Shown: positions 1-13,952 of the stretch, one piece after another
How the letters are laid out: each line of letters begins with the position of its first letter
How positions within the stretch are numbered: the stretch's first letter is position 1
Source: Octopus vulgaris
Lineage: Eukaryota
Assembly (NCBI GenBank): GCA_951406725.2
Contig: OX597832.1
Coordinates: forward strand, 6,014,001 to 6,078,000
Length of the DNA: 64,000 bases
Direction of reading: 5' to 3'
The notes under the pieces: generated by a model
Told to the model about the DNA's origin: nothing
The model's database searches: none
What the model saw: only the letters and a program-made list of their open reading frames with translations
Made by a program: the position numbers and the translations under genes

Positions 1-410
1 CGATTATAGCAATGAAATATGGCAAAACATTCCCATAGAATTTAGTAATCACTTAGCGAATTCAATGCCGAGGCTTTGTTCAGCCGTTATTAAGAATAAA
101 GGCTACGGCACAAAGTACTAATATGTATTTCGTTCTTGTTGCTCATTTTTGCTACAATCTTAAGCTTTAAATAAAATTATAATGATACGGTCTTAAACTA
201 ATTTTACCAGTAAATTTGAAACGTTTATATTAATTTAGCATTAGAATTCTTCAAGTTGTATAAAAATAATTATTGTCTGCATCATTCGAAAGAGAAATAA
301 ATTCTGCATAATTTGTAACAGATAAAAATAATTTGTATGATGTTAGTAACAAAATATTTTGCAAGAAATAGAACGTTTATCATCGGTCTTAAATTTATTT
401 GTTGCCAGTG
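1..410 (+). mobile_element. 3' end of a Tc1-like DNA transposon
   Basis: 20-121 encodes WQNIPIEFSNHLANSMPRLCSAVIKNKGYGTKY*, a typical Tc1 transposase C-terminus. Ends ...CAGTG at 410. Confidence 0.75.
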
Positions 411-760
411 CATGTGGGTAGGTATGTATATATATTTATAAAAAAAAAACAAGTATCATTGCTTATAACGACTGCAGCAGAATTTCTGTTACACGAGAAA
501 ATGTTCTCCTATTCTCTCACCCAGTTCCTGTTAAGTATGTAAAGAATACTAGCAGTTACTGCGTGTCAGTAACAAACATTTAATGAATAAATGTCAGCTG
601 AAAATGTACACATAAATACAAGTCAAGTTATACTATTAGATATGCACTGGCGTGTGTTCTTGTTCTCATATCGTGTCTGCTCACATATAAATTTGTGCCA
701 GTACACAGATACTTGAGCTTATAACTGTACATATGCACCCTTGCGTACTTATGAAGATAT

Positions 761-801
<41 letters not shown>

Positions 802-827
802 CATACATACATACATACATACATACA

Positions 828-858
<31 letters not shown>

Positions 859-1041
859 TTATGATATTTATGTATATGTATATGAATCGCTGATGAAATC
901 ACCCAAAAATGAACGATATTATCGTTAAAGTTGTGAACTTGTAAAGATTTTTAGGACGATAACTGATGAGGATAGGGCATGTCCATGTCTTGTGCGTGAA
1001 TTTCCCGTTCGCTTATTTCCACTTGTGTTTAATTTTTGAAT

Positions 1042-1083
<42 letters not shown>

Positions 1084-1089
1084 TTATAT

Positions 1090-1634
1090 ATCACCTCTCC
1101 CACTACCCAACATCACCGCACCACACACCACCACACCACAACACACCACCACACACCAACACCACCATACCACACCACATCACACCACCCCGCACGTACT
1201 ACCATTGACTACCTCCCAGCACCCACACCAACGCACACACTAACACTGACCACTTCCCAGCACCTACACCATCATCCATACACCTACATATGCACACACA
1301 CACACGTCAATATCACCAGCCCCCTTCCACACGCACATACACGCTCTCACATACACACGCACGCGCACCTTCGTTTTGGGATCACCACTACTTTATTATC
1401 TCCCCTTCTTCCTTGCTCTCCTGTGTGACCCCTTCTGTCTGGTGCTCGCCATGATAGATCGCTAGCCACTAAACCTTTTTCTATTTTCTCTCCCTGTTTA
1501 ATTCTGTGTTTCTTTCTGTCGAAGAGCGTAGGTTCGAAGCGTAGACTTTCTCACTTCCCGAGCGTTAAATTAATACATCTCTTTGTTGTTTACACACCCG
1601 TCTTCGTCTTTTGTTTTTTTGTTTTGTTTTTGTA

Positions 1635-1640
<6 letters not shown>
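1090..1640 (+). mobile_element. Older copy of the same PLE-like repeat family
   Basis: CA-rich leader, a degenerate motif at 1511-1546 (TCTTTCTGTCGAAGAGCGTAGGTTCGAAGCGT) and a shared 3' body. A further 3' fragment lies at about 63358-63447. Confidence 0.5.
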
Positions 1641-1716
<76 letters not shown>

Positions 1717-4007
1717 GAATTAGACTACACAAATTGGGTACTCACATACATACACACACACATATATGTATGCATGTATGTGTGTATGTCTGTCTATATA
1801 CATACACATATGTATACACATACACATACATACATGTATACATACATTCATACATACATACATACATACATACATACATACATACATACATTCATTCATA
1901 CATACATACATATATATGTTTATATATATGTGTGTGTGTATGTGTGTGTGTGCGTGTGTGTGTGTATAAAGATATTAATTCTTGTTGCCTAAATGCCTAA
2001 ATTCCAATAACGTTGCCTTGTTTCTAGGTAGCGAACTGCCACTTTCTTTATTGGTGAGAATTTTGCGAAGATAACCAGAACATAATAAAGATACATATTA
2101 TATTTGTGTATGCGTGCGTGTGTATGCGTGTGTAGGTGCGTATTTGTGTGTACGTGTAAATATATGTGCGTGTGTGTATCTCTATATATATCTGTAAGTA
2201 CATACAAGTGTATGTGTGTGCTGTGTATGCAAGTATTTATATAGAGAGAGACACATATACATATTTACAATTTATGCACACGCACTGCACGCGTGCGCGC
2301 ACACACGCACTCAGTTAAACATACGGACGCACATATATACACACACACACACACACACCATGCTCGCGCGCGCGCACACAGACACACACAGACACATACG
2401 GACGCACATACAACTAAACAAAAACATTGAGATCATGCAGTATCAGGGTTTACTAGCACTACAATAGCATTTCTGTTACAGTAGATTATTTTCTCTGACC
2501 CAGATCCAATGCAGTAAAGAATACCAGCCAGTAACGTTGTCTCGGTAACAAACATCTACAAAAGAAATGTCAGTTGAACTTTTATCGCAGGCAAGAATGA
2601 ATTATCTCTTCTTTTTCTTTCAGTTTTTTTTAATAATAAGAGAATGTCTTCTTTAAGAAGCATACACGCACAAATAAAAAAAAAACACGAAAGGCGTCAC
2701 TACATTTCAAGGTATGTAGAGCAGTAGTTCTCGCATATGTAACGCAATAAACCGAAAATCTTCGAATATTTGAAATTAACCAAATAATCAGTAGACAAAA
2801 ACTATTTCTAATAAATGCTTAAAATCTGAAAACAATAAGCAAGGGACATGACTCTGAAGAGCAATATATTCAAATTTTTGGAGAACAAGGACAATTTAGA
2901 TTAGTTTTAATCTGGTCTTTAAAGTCAATTGGTGAATGTAAATGAGATATTTGGGTGAAGCATATTCTACTCAGGAAACTAAAAGTGACGACAGTTTAGT
3001 TCAACTGCGCGGCACTTTGGGCCAAACCGTTCACCGGACTTTGATGCCTGGGAGTGCTTCAAAATATTCTGGGTGGGCATTAATTTGTATTACGGGAAGA
3101 TTTTCGTTAACTGTATTTTCTAAATCTGATAATGCACTTTGAATAGTGAGAGGAAAATGCCGTCCAGAGCACCCTCTTAGCGACGGGCATGCTTTGGGCA
3201 AATGTCTTCTACTATAACTACGGTCAACCATTGCCTTATGAGGGAATCTGATAGATTAAAACTGTGTGGAAGTTCATTATGTGTATGTGTGTGTATATAT
3301 ATACATATATGTGCGTGTGTATGTGTGTGCATATATACATACATTGCGCACAGGCACTCACACACTAACACACGCATAAATGGTAAACAGCTTGCTTCTC
3401 AACCACATGGTTCTAGGTTCAGTCCCAGTGTATGGCACTTGGGCGAGTGTCTTCTACAACAGCCTCAGGCAGACCAAAGCCTTGTGAGTGGATTTGGTAG
3501 ACGGAAACTGAAAGAAGCCCGTCGTATATGCGTGTGTGTGTGTGCGTGTGTGTGTGTGTGTGTGTGCGTGTGTGTGTGTATTTATCCCCGTAACTTAGAG
3601 GTTTGGCAAAAGTGACCGATAGAATAAGTGCCAGGCTTAAAAGAATAAGTCCTGGGGTCGATCTGTTCGACTAAAACGCGGTGCTCCATCATGGCAGCAA
3701 TCACATGACTGAAACAAAAGAACATATATATATACACACAATACACACACACAAACACTGTACAAACACACGTAGTTGAATGGACGTTGACAGAAGTATG
3801 TGTGTGTGTGTGTTTGTGTTTGTGCTTGTTTCTCTCACATTCCTTGACAACCAGTACTGGTTTGTTAACATTCCTGTAACATTAGCAGCTCGGAAAAAAA
3901 AAACCGAACCAGAACCCTCCAAGGTAGTACACCAGCATAGCCGTAGTCCAATGACTGAAAAATGCAGAAAATAAACGATAAAAGACGAAACAAGACATTA
4001 TGTGTAC

Positions 4008-4112
<105 letters not shown>

Positions 4113-4129
4113 TATTTATATATGTATAT

Positions 4130-7100
4130 GTTTTGCAAACAACTTGCGCATGCAAGTGCAACCAGTCGAAAGATCCGCATACCGGAAGTCTGCAAGTGTC
4201 TGGGGTCATCAGGAGAGAATGTGCGCCGTTTCAGGACCTGCCTCTTAACAGCATCATTACGCACCGGCCCCCTTCACTGAAATGTTAACAAGCCCCATTT
4301 GCTAGATCAACTGGTTATCGGATATAGCTCAGTGTTCTTCTAGCCATTGCTCATCGTTTCTTGTTAACCAAATCCAGTGGTTTGTCTTTTCCACTGTAAT
4401 TTGGATGTCATTCATGGTGGTATTTATTCGTTTTACGACTAGTTAGGCCAACAGTCGCCTCACACTATGTTCAACGAATCCTTTACATCCGACTTCGATT
4501 GGAAAATGCTCCACTTTCCAGCCTGTGTCATCACATTCCTCAAGGAGCGTCCATATTATCTTTCTGAGGAATCGTTAACTCAACTAGATTTACCACTTTC
4601 TTTCTTTCACACTATATTATGATATCCGGTTTCTTCGTAACTGGGATGGGAAAGAATCCTTGGCACCCTGGTAAATCTGCAGCCACCTCCCAATAGCCGT
4701 TTCGCTTTCCATCGCTCACAGGAAGTTTCTTCTTCTTGAAACGGATATGCTCTCCTGAGTGCAAGAATGTAATGAAATCTCCGGTTGGTTTTTTCAATCG
4801 TTTTTTGCCACTGTTGATGAGAACAATTTGGTTCTTTATAGCATTGAAGATAACCTTAAGGACAAGATTGTGTCTCAATGTATATCTATTCCAGCGGACA
4901 GTTGGGAAGAATATGTTCCAGTGTTCCGACTTTTCTTCATCTGCATATATCATTTTCTCAGACGTTCCATCTTACTAGATTTGTAGGCAATGGCAAAACA
5001 TCGCAGGATGAACGAATCAGAAAACTTAGCCGTGATGAAAGTCTACCTCCGTATCTCATTCCAACTTATTTTTCTCTCAACAACGTGTTCGTCCCATTTT
5101 GTCATCTGTCCTTGTTGTGCGCATTGAATCAAATGAAGCTCTCTTCTCTGTATCCCTTGCTTTGACACTGTAGCTAGCAACAGATCTGCGTTCGCACCGC
5201 ATCATGCCTGCAAACCGTCTGAATCGATGTGCGCCAAATCCAAGTCCCTTCCGATGAATTTGCGTTGCATCTACTATATCTCGGTGTGTAAGTGAAGGTG
5301 AAATATCCTCAGTCTCTGCTTCTGCTTTCCACTTTCTGGCTGTTTTTACATCTGGTGGATTACGCCTGATTTCTATATCCTTCGACTCTCTCAGTATCAT
5401 CACCATTCGAACCTTCCCTAGTTTATAAATTTTGACTATTGATGCCAGTGATAATACAACGAGCCTCTTTTACGATAGAGAGCTGAACAGTTCAATATCC
5501 GAGGTGGGCCTAGCCACATTTTAATGAACACATTACACTTTTGTTCAATGATTTGAACTCACGACAATGCCACCTCGTATATTAGAAGTGACCGCGAAAG
5601 GCGCGAATATAAGTTGAACTGTAAGCTCCATATTTTATATTTACCTGGTAGCTTTGAGCTATCAATTGCTGTTAAACCATCCTCAGCTTGTTTCATAATT
5701 TGCATCCCGCGACTCCTATCCGACAATGTTCCAGCTTATACATGCCCCAAGCTATTAACGGATTCTTCCTTGACTTTTGGAATGCTTTCTTCAGCCATTT
5801 TAAACTTAACTTCTTTTTGCACTTACTTAATAAATGTCAGACTATACGACTTTTTTTGCCCTGAATCTCATTCTTTACCACTTCACCAACCCGTCTAGCT
5901 CAAGAAGGCTTTCTGCATGATTTGCTTGTCTGTCGACAGAAATATCACGTCATCCATGAAGGCCTTCTTAGGTGATTGTGCGATTTGTTCCGAAAAATCC
6001 GCTGCTTTCAAAATCATCTCCATGACTAGGATAAACCACGTGAGAGATGTTGTGCTACCAGCAGCAATGGCAATCTCCAGTTGGTGTCAATTTGTTGAAA
6101 AATTTCCAGCAGTAAACCTCATCTCAAAACTGTCATAATATACCCTCATTAATCTCGTTACTTTCTCTGGATTGTGGAAGTGGTCTATGGCTCTCATGAG
6201 CAATTCGTGTGGCACTGAGCCATATACATTAACTAGATCAAGCCATACCACGTTCAGACTTATCTTGTTCTTTTTGGTGTCATGGATCGTTTTCCAAATC
6301 GAAAAATGATGTTCAACGCATCCAGGGATTCCAGGGATTCCAGCCTTTTGAACAGTCATCGCATACCCATTACTCTGTAGATATGTCACCTTGAGAGAAT
6401 TCTCCTTGAAAGAATTCCCATAAAGACCTTGCCTTCCACATTCAATAAGGATATCAACTCCTGGGGCTCTCTTTTCTCTTGCTTTTCTCACAAAATCATT
6501 CACCTCTTTCTCCCTGATGTTCCCAATTTGAAATTTGATATCAGGTTCTAAGAGATGCTTTAGCCCATTTATAGGTGACAATGGCTGGTTTCGGTTTGGA
6601 TCGCTAGAGGTTTCTTTAATATGAACATCCAATTCTTCTTTTGTGCACAATATAGTGCCACTCTTTAATTCAGTGAATAGCTTCTTAGTAACCCCGTACG
6701 GGTTCTTGAGTCCTTTTGCTTTCTTTTCTTCGCTCATATCGGCGGATGTGTTGTTGCACATAACGGCATTTTCCTTTAAAATCTTCGCACAGCTGCGCGA
6801 GGCCAGGTTTTTCGTCTTCCTTCGCACATTTCCATCGCTTTCTTAGGCTCTTCTTTTCCCTCCTCAACTGTTTCATTTTTCTGATCCTCCTGCTTGGGCA
6901 ATATTTTCCTTTCGCTTATTGGTCCCATATTTCAGTCCAAATAATTGCTTTTCTTGTATCGTACATTGAGCTTGCTAACTTCCCCAGTTTCTCCACTGTA
7001 GATCTTGTCATTTTATAAAGAGCTTTACATACCTTGTTCTCAAATTCTTTATATCTTCCTTTCTCATTAGCAGCAGGCTACATAACCCTCGGTTTTCTAC

Positions 7101-7650
7101 GAGTACTATCTGATGCACAGTCTTATAACCTGCAGTTTCTTGTCGAGAAGAGGTCTTTGCTGTAGCATTTATCGATCCGCAGTGCTTTGAGTCCGGAGAT
7201 AATTTACCACGTGTTTTTCGATCAGATGATCCACAATGCTCAGTCCACTTCTTACAAATGTCTTTCCCTGCTGGGTTTGATTGCTTCTCGATTTCCACCT
7301 CTCGGTCAATCATGGGGCTGTTATTCTCATTGGTTGTTGTATAATATTGTACAGAGGTGAGGATTGTAAGTCCGCAGCCTCCGCCAGTCTTTCCTGTCGT
7401 CAATAGTCTTTCATTTGTGAGCTCGTCTTACCGAGCAGTCTTCTTGTCTTTTCAAGATGCCTAACCGTCTTCCAGGCATGTCAGTTGTTACCTACCACAA
7501 GTTCTGTGATGTTTTGCAAACAACTTTTACATGCAAGCACTACCATTTGAAAGCTCCGCATACCGGAAGCCAGCAAGTGTATGGGGTCATCAGGAGGGAA
7601 TGCGCGCAGGTTCGGGGCCTACTCTCAACAGCATCATTGCAGAACCTAAA
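4130..7650 (-). mobile_element. Decayed R2/Hero-like non-LTR retrotransposon (RT plus restriction-like endonuclease)
   Basis: Frameshifted motifs QKAGIPGIPGCVEH, VVWLDLVNVYGSVPH, KAFMDDV, RYTLRHNLVL, KKPDIII and HFPIEVGCKGF. Confidence 0.85.
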
Positions 7651-9336
7651 ATCTTTCGCCAGCCTGAAACTTTCTCTTTGAGGCCCTGCGGGTAGAGAAT
7701 CGGTTAATGGGCTTACAGTTCTATGGTACATATATCGTATTATTGCAAAAGATGACTTCGGTGTAACACAAAAATGCAACGACTTAGAGCAAGTTCCTTT
7801 TGTGGTCGATGAAAAAGTTTCAATCTATGGAAAAGAATTGGTGGAACAGTCGTGAGATCTTTCGTCTATTTGCATTTTGACAGCTATACTTGTAATGACT
7901 CTGATCTCAAACTATATCAGCCTTTACCTTGCCTTTTCCTTTGGACAATATCAGTGCCATGGAGCGGGGTACTCACGTTCACAGAGAGCTGCTAGTCTCC
8001 TAGAAATATACCTATCCGGGCCTGCGAATACAGGTAAAGACACACAGTCAACCCTGAGCAACGGAAGCTTTGTATCTTTTTACTGGCACAGATTAGTGAC
8101 TATCATTATGACTGAAATACGTAGATGTATAAAACTTCAAATGAATATGGAATGAGACGATTTGGCATGGTTTTGGGACGTAGGAGATTTAGCGCAACTG
8201 ACTGGACATTCAGCCTGTTTTTGCGACAGTAATTTTTGCGCTAGAGGTAAACACGTACGCGCGCGCAGAATTATCCGCATTCAAATGGGAAGGTGGTGAG
8301 AGAGAGATAGAAAGAGTGGTTGAGAGGGAGAGAGAGACACATGTACATACGTTACAATTTATTAATTGGACACGATTGTCACAAACACTTTCCCTCTCCT
8401 AATACTCATAAAAAGAAATATGCTCAGAGAAATAACGCGGGAGTGACACTGAAATGCCTGATGTCAAATAAGTCAGTGTCGAATCAGCGACGTCAAACAA
8501 CCGACGCGAAAACAGCTGTCAAAACGTCTCTTACCTAAATGGATACTGTAGAGCAGCATAACAAATTTGTTTGTAAGCAGAGCTACGGTTCTCCCACGAG
8601 ACACTGAAAAAACAACAAGCGACTTTCTGCTTTAGTGTTCTTTAAAACACTTGACAAAGACAAGGGTTTCAGTAGTTACCCAACAATTCAATGGGTAGAT
8701 GTACATTCATGATTTTAGTTGAAAGTTACATTTAGCAGCTATCAACATATTCATTCATCAACGACCTCATTCTAAACACAAGAGTGCAAAACAGCTAGAT
8801 ATTAATTCGTCGCTTACTTGCCGTTTAGCTAATTTATGGAAAGAGGAATCTGCCCTTTTAAGATTTTACGGCAGAAATTAAGACTAATGACATGATTTAA
8901 TTTTAAATCTGTTCTTCTTATTGTTTGTATTGTCATTTAGCCTCATATCAGTCATGGTTGAGTAGTTTATGACTGAAGGCATTCCATCCGTGTATCCACG
9001 ATAACATTATCCTGTGTATCTTTGTTTTTTAAGTCGATAGGGTTTGATTCAAGAGAGATTTTACTGGTATTTCTTGCAGATCAAGTGACCATATAAAGAT
9101 TTCCATACTGGCTAGTTGACCCTTATTTTATTCAATCAGTTCCAGTTCTGAAGATATAGCTTACCCTATTTTAAGCTAATGCATCTATTCCTATATTAAA
9201 ATTCTGAACCCTAGCTACACTTTACATTTTTATGCGATGGAAGTTAGACGTGTTTTATCAGTTTTTGTCCTATCATCTCTAATTGATTAATTATCTATAA
9301 TTATGATGAAAAATAACACTACTAATGACATTAATA

Positions 9337-10533
9337 TTGGGGTCATCCCATTAATAATGCCGTTTTTTTTTTCAATTGCATAAACTAAAAGTCGGAGTGG
9401 GGCGGGAAAAATACCTGTATCAACTTGTTATAAAAGCAGGTAGTAATTTTACCTTGTGCTTAATCTTAGTGCGAGTTCGATTTTTAAGTTTATTTTTTCA
9501 AAGCTATAATGAAAGTGACAAAAGGAGCATATTCGGCATATTTTGCTTTATGAGTTCAATAAAGGCAACAAAGCAACGGAAAGTGCGAAGAATATTAATG
9601 CAGTATATGGGAATCGGACAATAAGCGTAAGCCAGTATCAATGGTGGTTCCAGAAATTCCGAGCCGGAAACTACAGCCGGGAAGACGAGCCTCGTCCTGG
9701 AAGATCTGTAGAGATTGAAGAGGACGTTCTGTAAACCCTGGTGGAACAAAATCCCATCGTAACTGTTGAGGAACTAGCAGAGAAGCTTGGATTTGGTCAT
9801 TCAACCATTCATCGACACCTGTGTGCCATCAGAAACTTTTCGAATCTAATCGCGCGCAGAATGAATGTGTGCTCTTCTTTGCTGTCACGTCTCACGAATA
9901 CACCATTTTTGGACCGAATAGTGACTAGTGACGAGATATAGGTTCTCTATAAAAATGTCAAGCGCCAAAGACAGTAGGTAGTGAAAGGAGAAACACCGGC
10001 ACACCAGGCTAAAGATCTTCCCGCACGTAAGGTGTTCTTATCTGTTTTGTAGTATATGGAAGGTTTTGTCAACTTTTAACTTTTAAACCCAAGCCAAACG
10101 ATGACAAAGGAAATCTACTGCAAGCAGCTTGAGCAGCTCAAGACGAAAGGTGTTCTTCCATCAGGATAATGCTCGGCTACAGACAACGGGGATGGCATTC
10201 CAAAGCTGGAGCTGTTTGAATGGGAAACGATGCCCCACCCACCATATTCGCCGGACATTGCCCCATCTGATTATCATTTATTCTACAGTCTTCAAAATCA
10301 TTTGGACCGAAAAAATATGAATTTTGCAAACGAGTTCAGAACAATGCTGGAGAAGTATTTTTAGTCACAGACAAGTGAATTTTGGAAGAGGGTCTTTACA
10401 AGTCTCCCAGATAAATGGAAGAACATTATGGAAAATGAAGAGTATATTTTAGATTAAAAAAGAATTTTTCTTATTTTAATTTTAAAAAATAAAAGAAGTA
10501 TAAAAAACATGCATTATTTATGAGGTAACCCAA
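9337..10533 (+). mobile_element. Decayed mariner (DD34D) element with TIRs and TA target duplication
   Basis: Ends TA-TTGGGGTCATCCCA...TGAGGTAACCCAA-TA. Motifs WFQKFRAG, EPRPGR, IVTSDE, HQDNAR and HPPYSPDIAPSDYHLF, with stops and frameshifts. Confidence 0.92.
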
Positions 10534-11861
10534 TATACTACATTCTAATTAAAAGAACCACATATAATGAAATCAGTTTATTTCAACATAAAATCTTAAA
10601 AAACATTGAATGAAAAAGGTGTCTGTTTTGAATATTTATGCAGTAAATTCCCTGAATTAAGCGTGAAAAGGCAAGGGTTTTATGGTTTGTAGATAAGAGA
10701 GCTTATCAGACATTTATATATTCAACGGATACTACTGAACCCTATGCATGGTCTTCGTTTGTTTTAATTATCTAAAACCTTCTTCACAACCACAAGGCAG
10801 ACAACTAATTTAAATAAATGGAGTAGACTGTTCCCGATTTGAACGCGTAGCTGTAACATGAACATCAGGGTTTATTACACCTGAAGTCATTTCATTCATC
10901 TAGAAGTTTGATAATATAAGAAAAAGGAAAATGATTTTATCGGGATATAATGACAATAAAGGAGAGGTACTAACGAAGGTGGAATACCTGTAGCAGACTA
11001 CTACTAGAATTTCCAGCAAGATTGTTTTGGTAAATACTTGTAAAATAAGCCACTTCTATGTTGAATAATTGATCATTTAATCTTTATTTTTTAGTTACAA
11101 TTGCTGTAGATTTTGATGCAGTACACTATAAGCATTTTATGTTGAATTAATTCTTCCTACAATAAGCGCAATACATGGGATTGGGGGGCAGGAGGATAGT
11201 AGATATTACATCGATCCCAGTACTTATTTTATCGACACGGAAAGATGAAAGGCAATGCAGACCTCGGCGAAATTTGAATCCAGAATGTAAGGACGAAATA
11301 CTGCTTTGCATGAGGTTGCTTATGTCTTCCAAAATATATTTAACATCAATATTATGGTTATTTTTGTATTAAATTATCAAACCATTAATTAGGATTGACA
11401 GGACATAATCGATGTAAATTTTGGAATCAGCAGCCCTAAATATACGTAGCCTCCAAGGCACCAAAATGTAAGAAGCAACTGAGACCCCTAATTTCAACGC
11501 ATGATATAGCTTATCTCATAAAGAGATAAGCCGTATCTCCAAAACGAAATTTGATAGAGTAGAACTGATGGTATATTCAGAATCAACACCCCAAATCCGT
11601 CCCCAGCAAATCTAACCTCCAAAGCCTTTTTGTCACTGTTATCTAACTGAGACATTAGCACACAATGAGTCAGTAGCATGTACTTTGGACACCAAGAGAA
11701 AAGTGTACCACAGAAACCTTTTTTTTATATTTCAGTGCCGGTTTTAACATTAAGCAAATGGCAACATAATATATAACAGTTCTTTTGATAAATTTTAAAA
11801 GTGTTAAAAATTTGCATTTTCCCTGTTGCCCTAGTTATAATAATTTTCTTATACTACTTAC

Positions 11862-13371
11862 AATTGCTTAATGTTGTAAATTTATCTTTTCAGGACACGC
11901 AATGTAGTTGTTGCGGCCACTACTGTCGTGCAGAGCACCAGACTATATTAGATGTTACATTTTGGCGACTTCCTAATAGTGGACAATTTAACCAGCCTAC
12001 GTTGATGATATAAACATAAACACACCACATGAAAGTGACTCTACCAGAGCTAACGAGGAAGAGAGAGAGAGAGAGAGACTTCAAGCAATAGCAACCGAGT
12101 GTTAGAAGGTATCACGGCTGCGGTCGGTTGGAAAGGTAGCTTAAAATAATTGCGGAACTTCTCTCGCAAAGAAACTGAATTGTTAATCTATTATTTCACA
12201 TTTAACACATATTTCCTTTTTAGTTTCACAGGGGAAGGGTCAATAACTGTTGTCTCATATACTGAATATGTTAACATATCAGCCTACAAAATCCATATCA
12301 ACATTTATACAGGACATACATACAATAAGGGCTTTGTAAGACACATGAGCAATTTCTAGGTAAATGTTAGACTGTTTTTACTCCAGAAGTGATCTGAGAC
12401 ATCACGAATGGAAATTTAAAAATGAACATTGGTTAATGCTCGTATTTGAAGATAATATTGCAAGAAATTTTAATTCATTTTAATTAATTAAGATTATTTA
12501 AATATAGATTGTAATGTGTAGTGAGACCTCTTCAGCGAATCATTGCTCGATTGTCAGTGTAGACTTTACACAAGTAGTGAAAGATGAAAAGATGATTATT
12601 AAATAATACTTTGTAACGAAGATTTTATTTCCATTTTCATTTTTTGCCTTTAGTCAGTAAGTGTTATTTCCTATTTGCTTCTATCTAGAAATCAAAGGAA
12701 ATGATTACAATTCCCTTCAAAATTTGTTATTGTGACCTGGACATCAAGGTTTTCAAACTGACCTATTTTCCATTACATTTCAGACAGATTCAGTGCTGAG
12801 TTGCTGTAGTAGAAATATCATTATAGCAAATATTCTGCTCAGTACCACAGATTTACGTGTCAGTTGCTTGACCATAACCACCTAAGCATGTCCCTTAGTG
12901 ACTAACAATATGTGTATCTCATTATAAGCAGGAGTAGTGAGGGAGCATCATAGCCATGTGTTGAGAGGAATTCTTTGGGGTTTTAACAAATGTAAGAAAT
13001 GCAAAATTTGAAGGAAATAGGTATTTTTCATGCTTTCTAGAAGTAAGCAAATAGGAAATGACAGTTCTTACTCAAGGACAAAAATCGTGTTACACAGTGT
13101 TATTCTGTTTATTGTGTCTAATTAATGATGAACAGTATCTGAGAAATCTTCTAAGGGAAAGTGATTGTCAATACTTGAATTCTATAGATTATTAAATGAA
13201 ACAAAACGTATCAATTTCTGGTTATCACATTTATGACTGACAATGATCTTACCTGTAGGTCAGTTACATAAATTTTGGTGGGGGTGGATTTTTACGCCGG
13301 TTACTCCCGACAAGCATTATTGAAGGGAGGTTATAGTTTGGGATGAATGTACAATAAAAGCATTGGAGGCC
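11862..13371 (-). pseudogene. Relic exons of a probable Ly6/uPAR (three-finger)-type gene
   Basis: Exon 13371-13253 (CAG|...|GTAAGA) begins GLQCFYC. Exon 12049-11862 (CT-tract TAG|...|GTAAGT) holds a frameshifted C.C....GC/RN-like end. Internal stops are present. Confidence 0.4.
12641..13085. mobile_element. Old MITE with about 90-bp imperfect terminal inverted repeats
   Basis: TTTCCTATTTGCTT...CTAGAAA...CCTTCAAAATTTG at the left end is mirrored by CAAAATTTGAAGG...TTTCTAG...AAGCAAATAGGAAA at the right end. Confidence 0.55.
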
Positions 13372-13409
13372 CTGAACAAGATGTAAGAAACCAGAAAACT
13401 TTGATGGGC

Positions 13410-13950
13410 TGCTTGTTTGCCTAATCTTCTTGCTTGATGGGCTGTGGTCATCCCAGGTTAGTGGTCCCAGGGGTGTCATCATATTTAGAGCTGGCCAAAT
13501 CCACCAGTGCTCTCCATCGCTGGCGGTCCCGTGCCAAACTCTCTGCATCCTCCAAGATGACGTCGAACCTCTGGAGATCTTCCTTAATCACGTCCAGCCA
13601 CCTGGTGCGGGGCCTGCCACCAACCCTCTTCGAGCCCACAACACCCGCGTCGAATGAGAGTAAAGCCCTGGTAGAATGATCTAGTGGAAGACGGAGGGTA
13701 TGTCCGTACCACCACATGCGACGGATTGCTATGAGGTAGGAGGCTGCAGGCTGAGGTGAGCGCACACGCAATTCTTTGTTGGAAACGTGATGATACCACT
13801 TGCTGCTCTCAATGGTTCTTTGCTATCGAAGCCGTCGACCCTCTTTGCCAGGGGCTTCAAAAGGGGTTACGTTTCTACTCCATAGAGGAGAATGGATGCA
13901 TTGTTGCATTGTTGATGCATTGTTGATGCGGAGCTTCGTCTTCTGGGAGA
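13410..13950 (-). mobile_element. RTE-clade 3' fragment or non-autonomous derivative
   Basis: Encodes RRMWWYGHTLRL...GRPRTRWLDVIKEDL...ARDRQRWRALV and has a CAAG-type tail. Confidence 0.8.
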
Positions 13951-13952
13951 AG

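Noticed and set aside
885-1010. Two CTGATGA motifs
   Set aside because: No downstream GAAA/stem III/stem I arrangement, so they cannot be folded as hammerheads.
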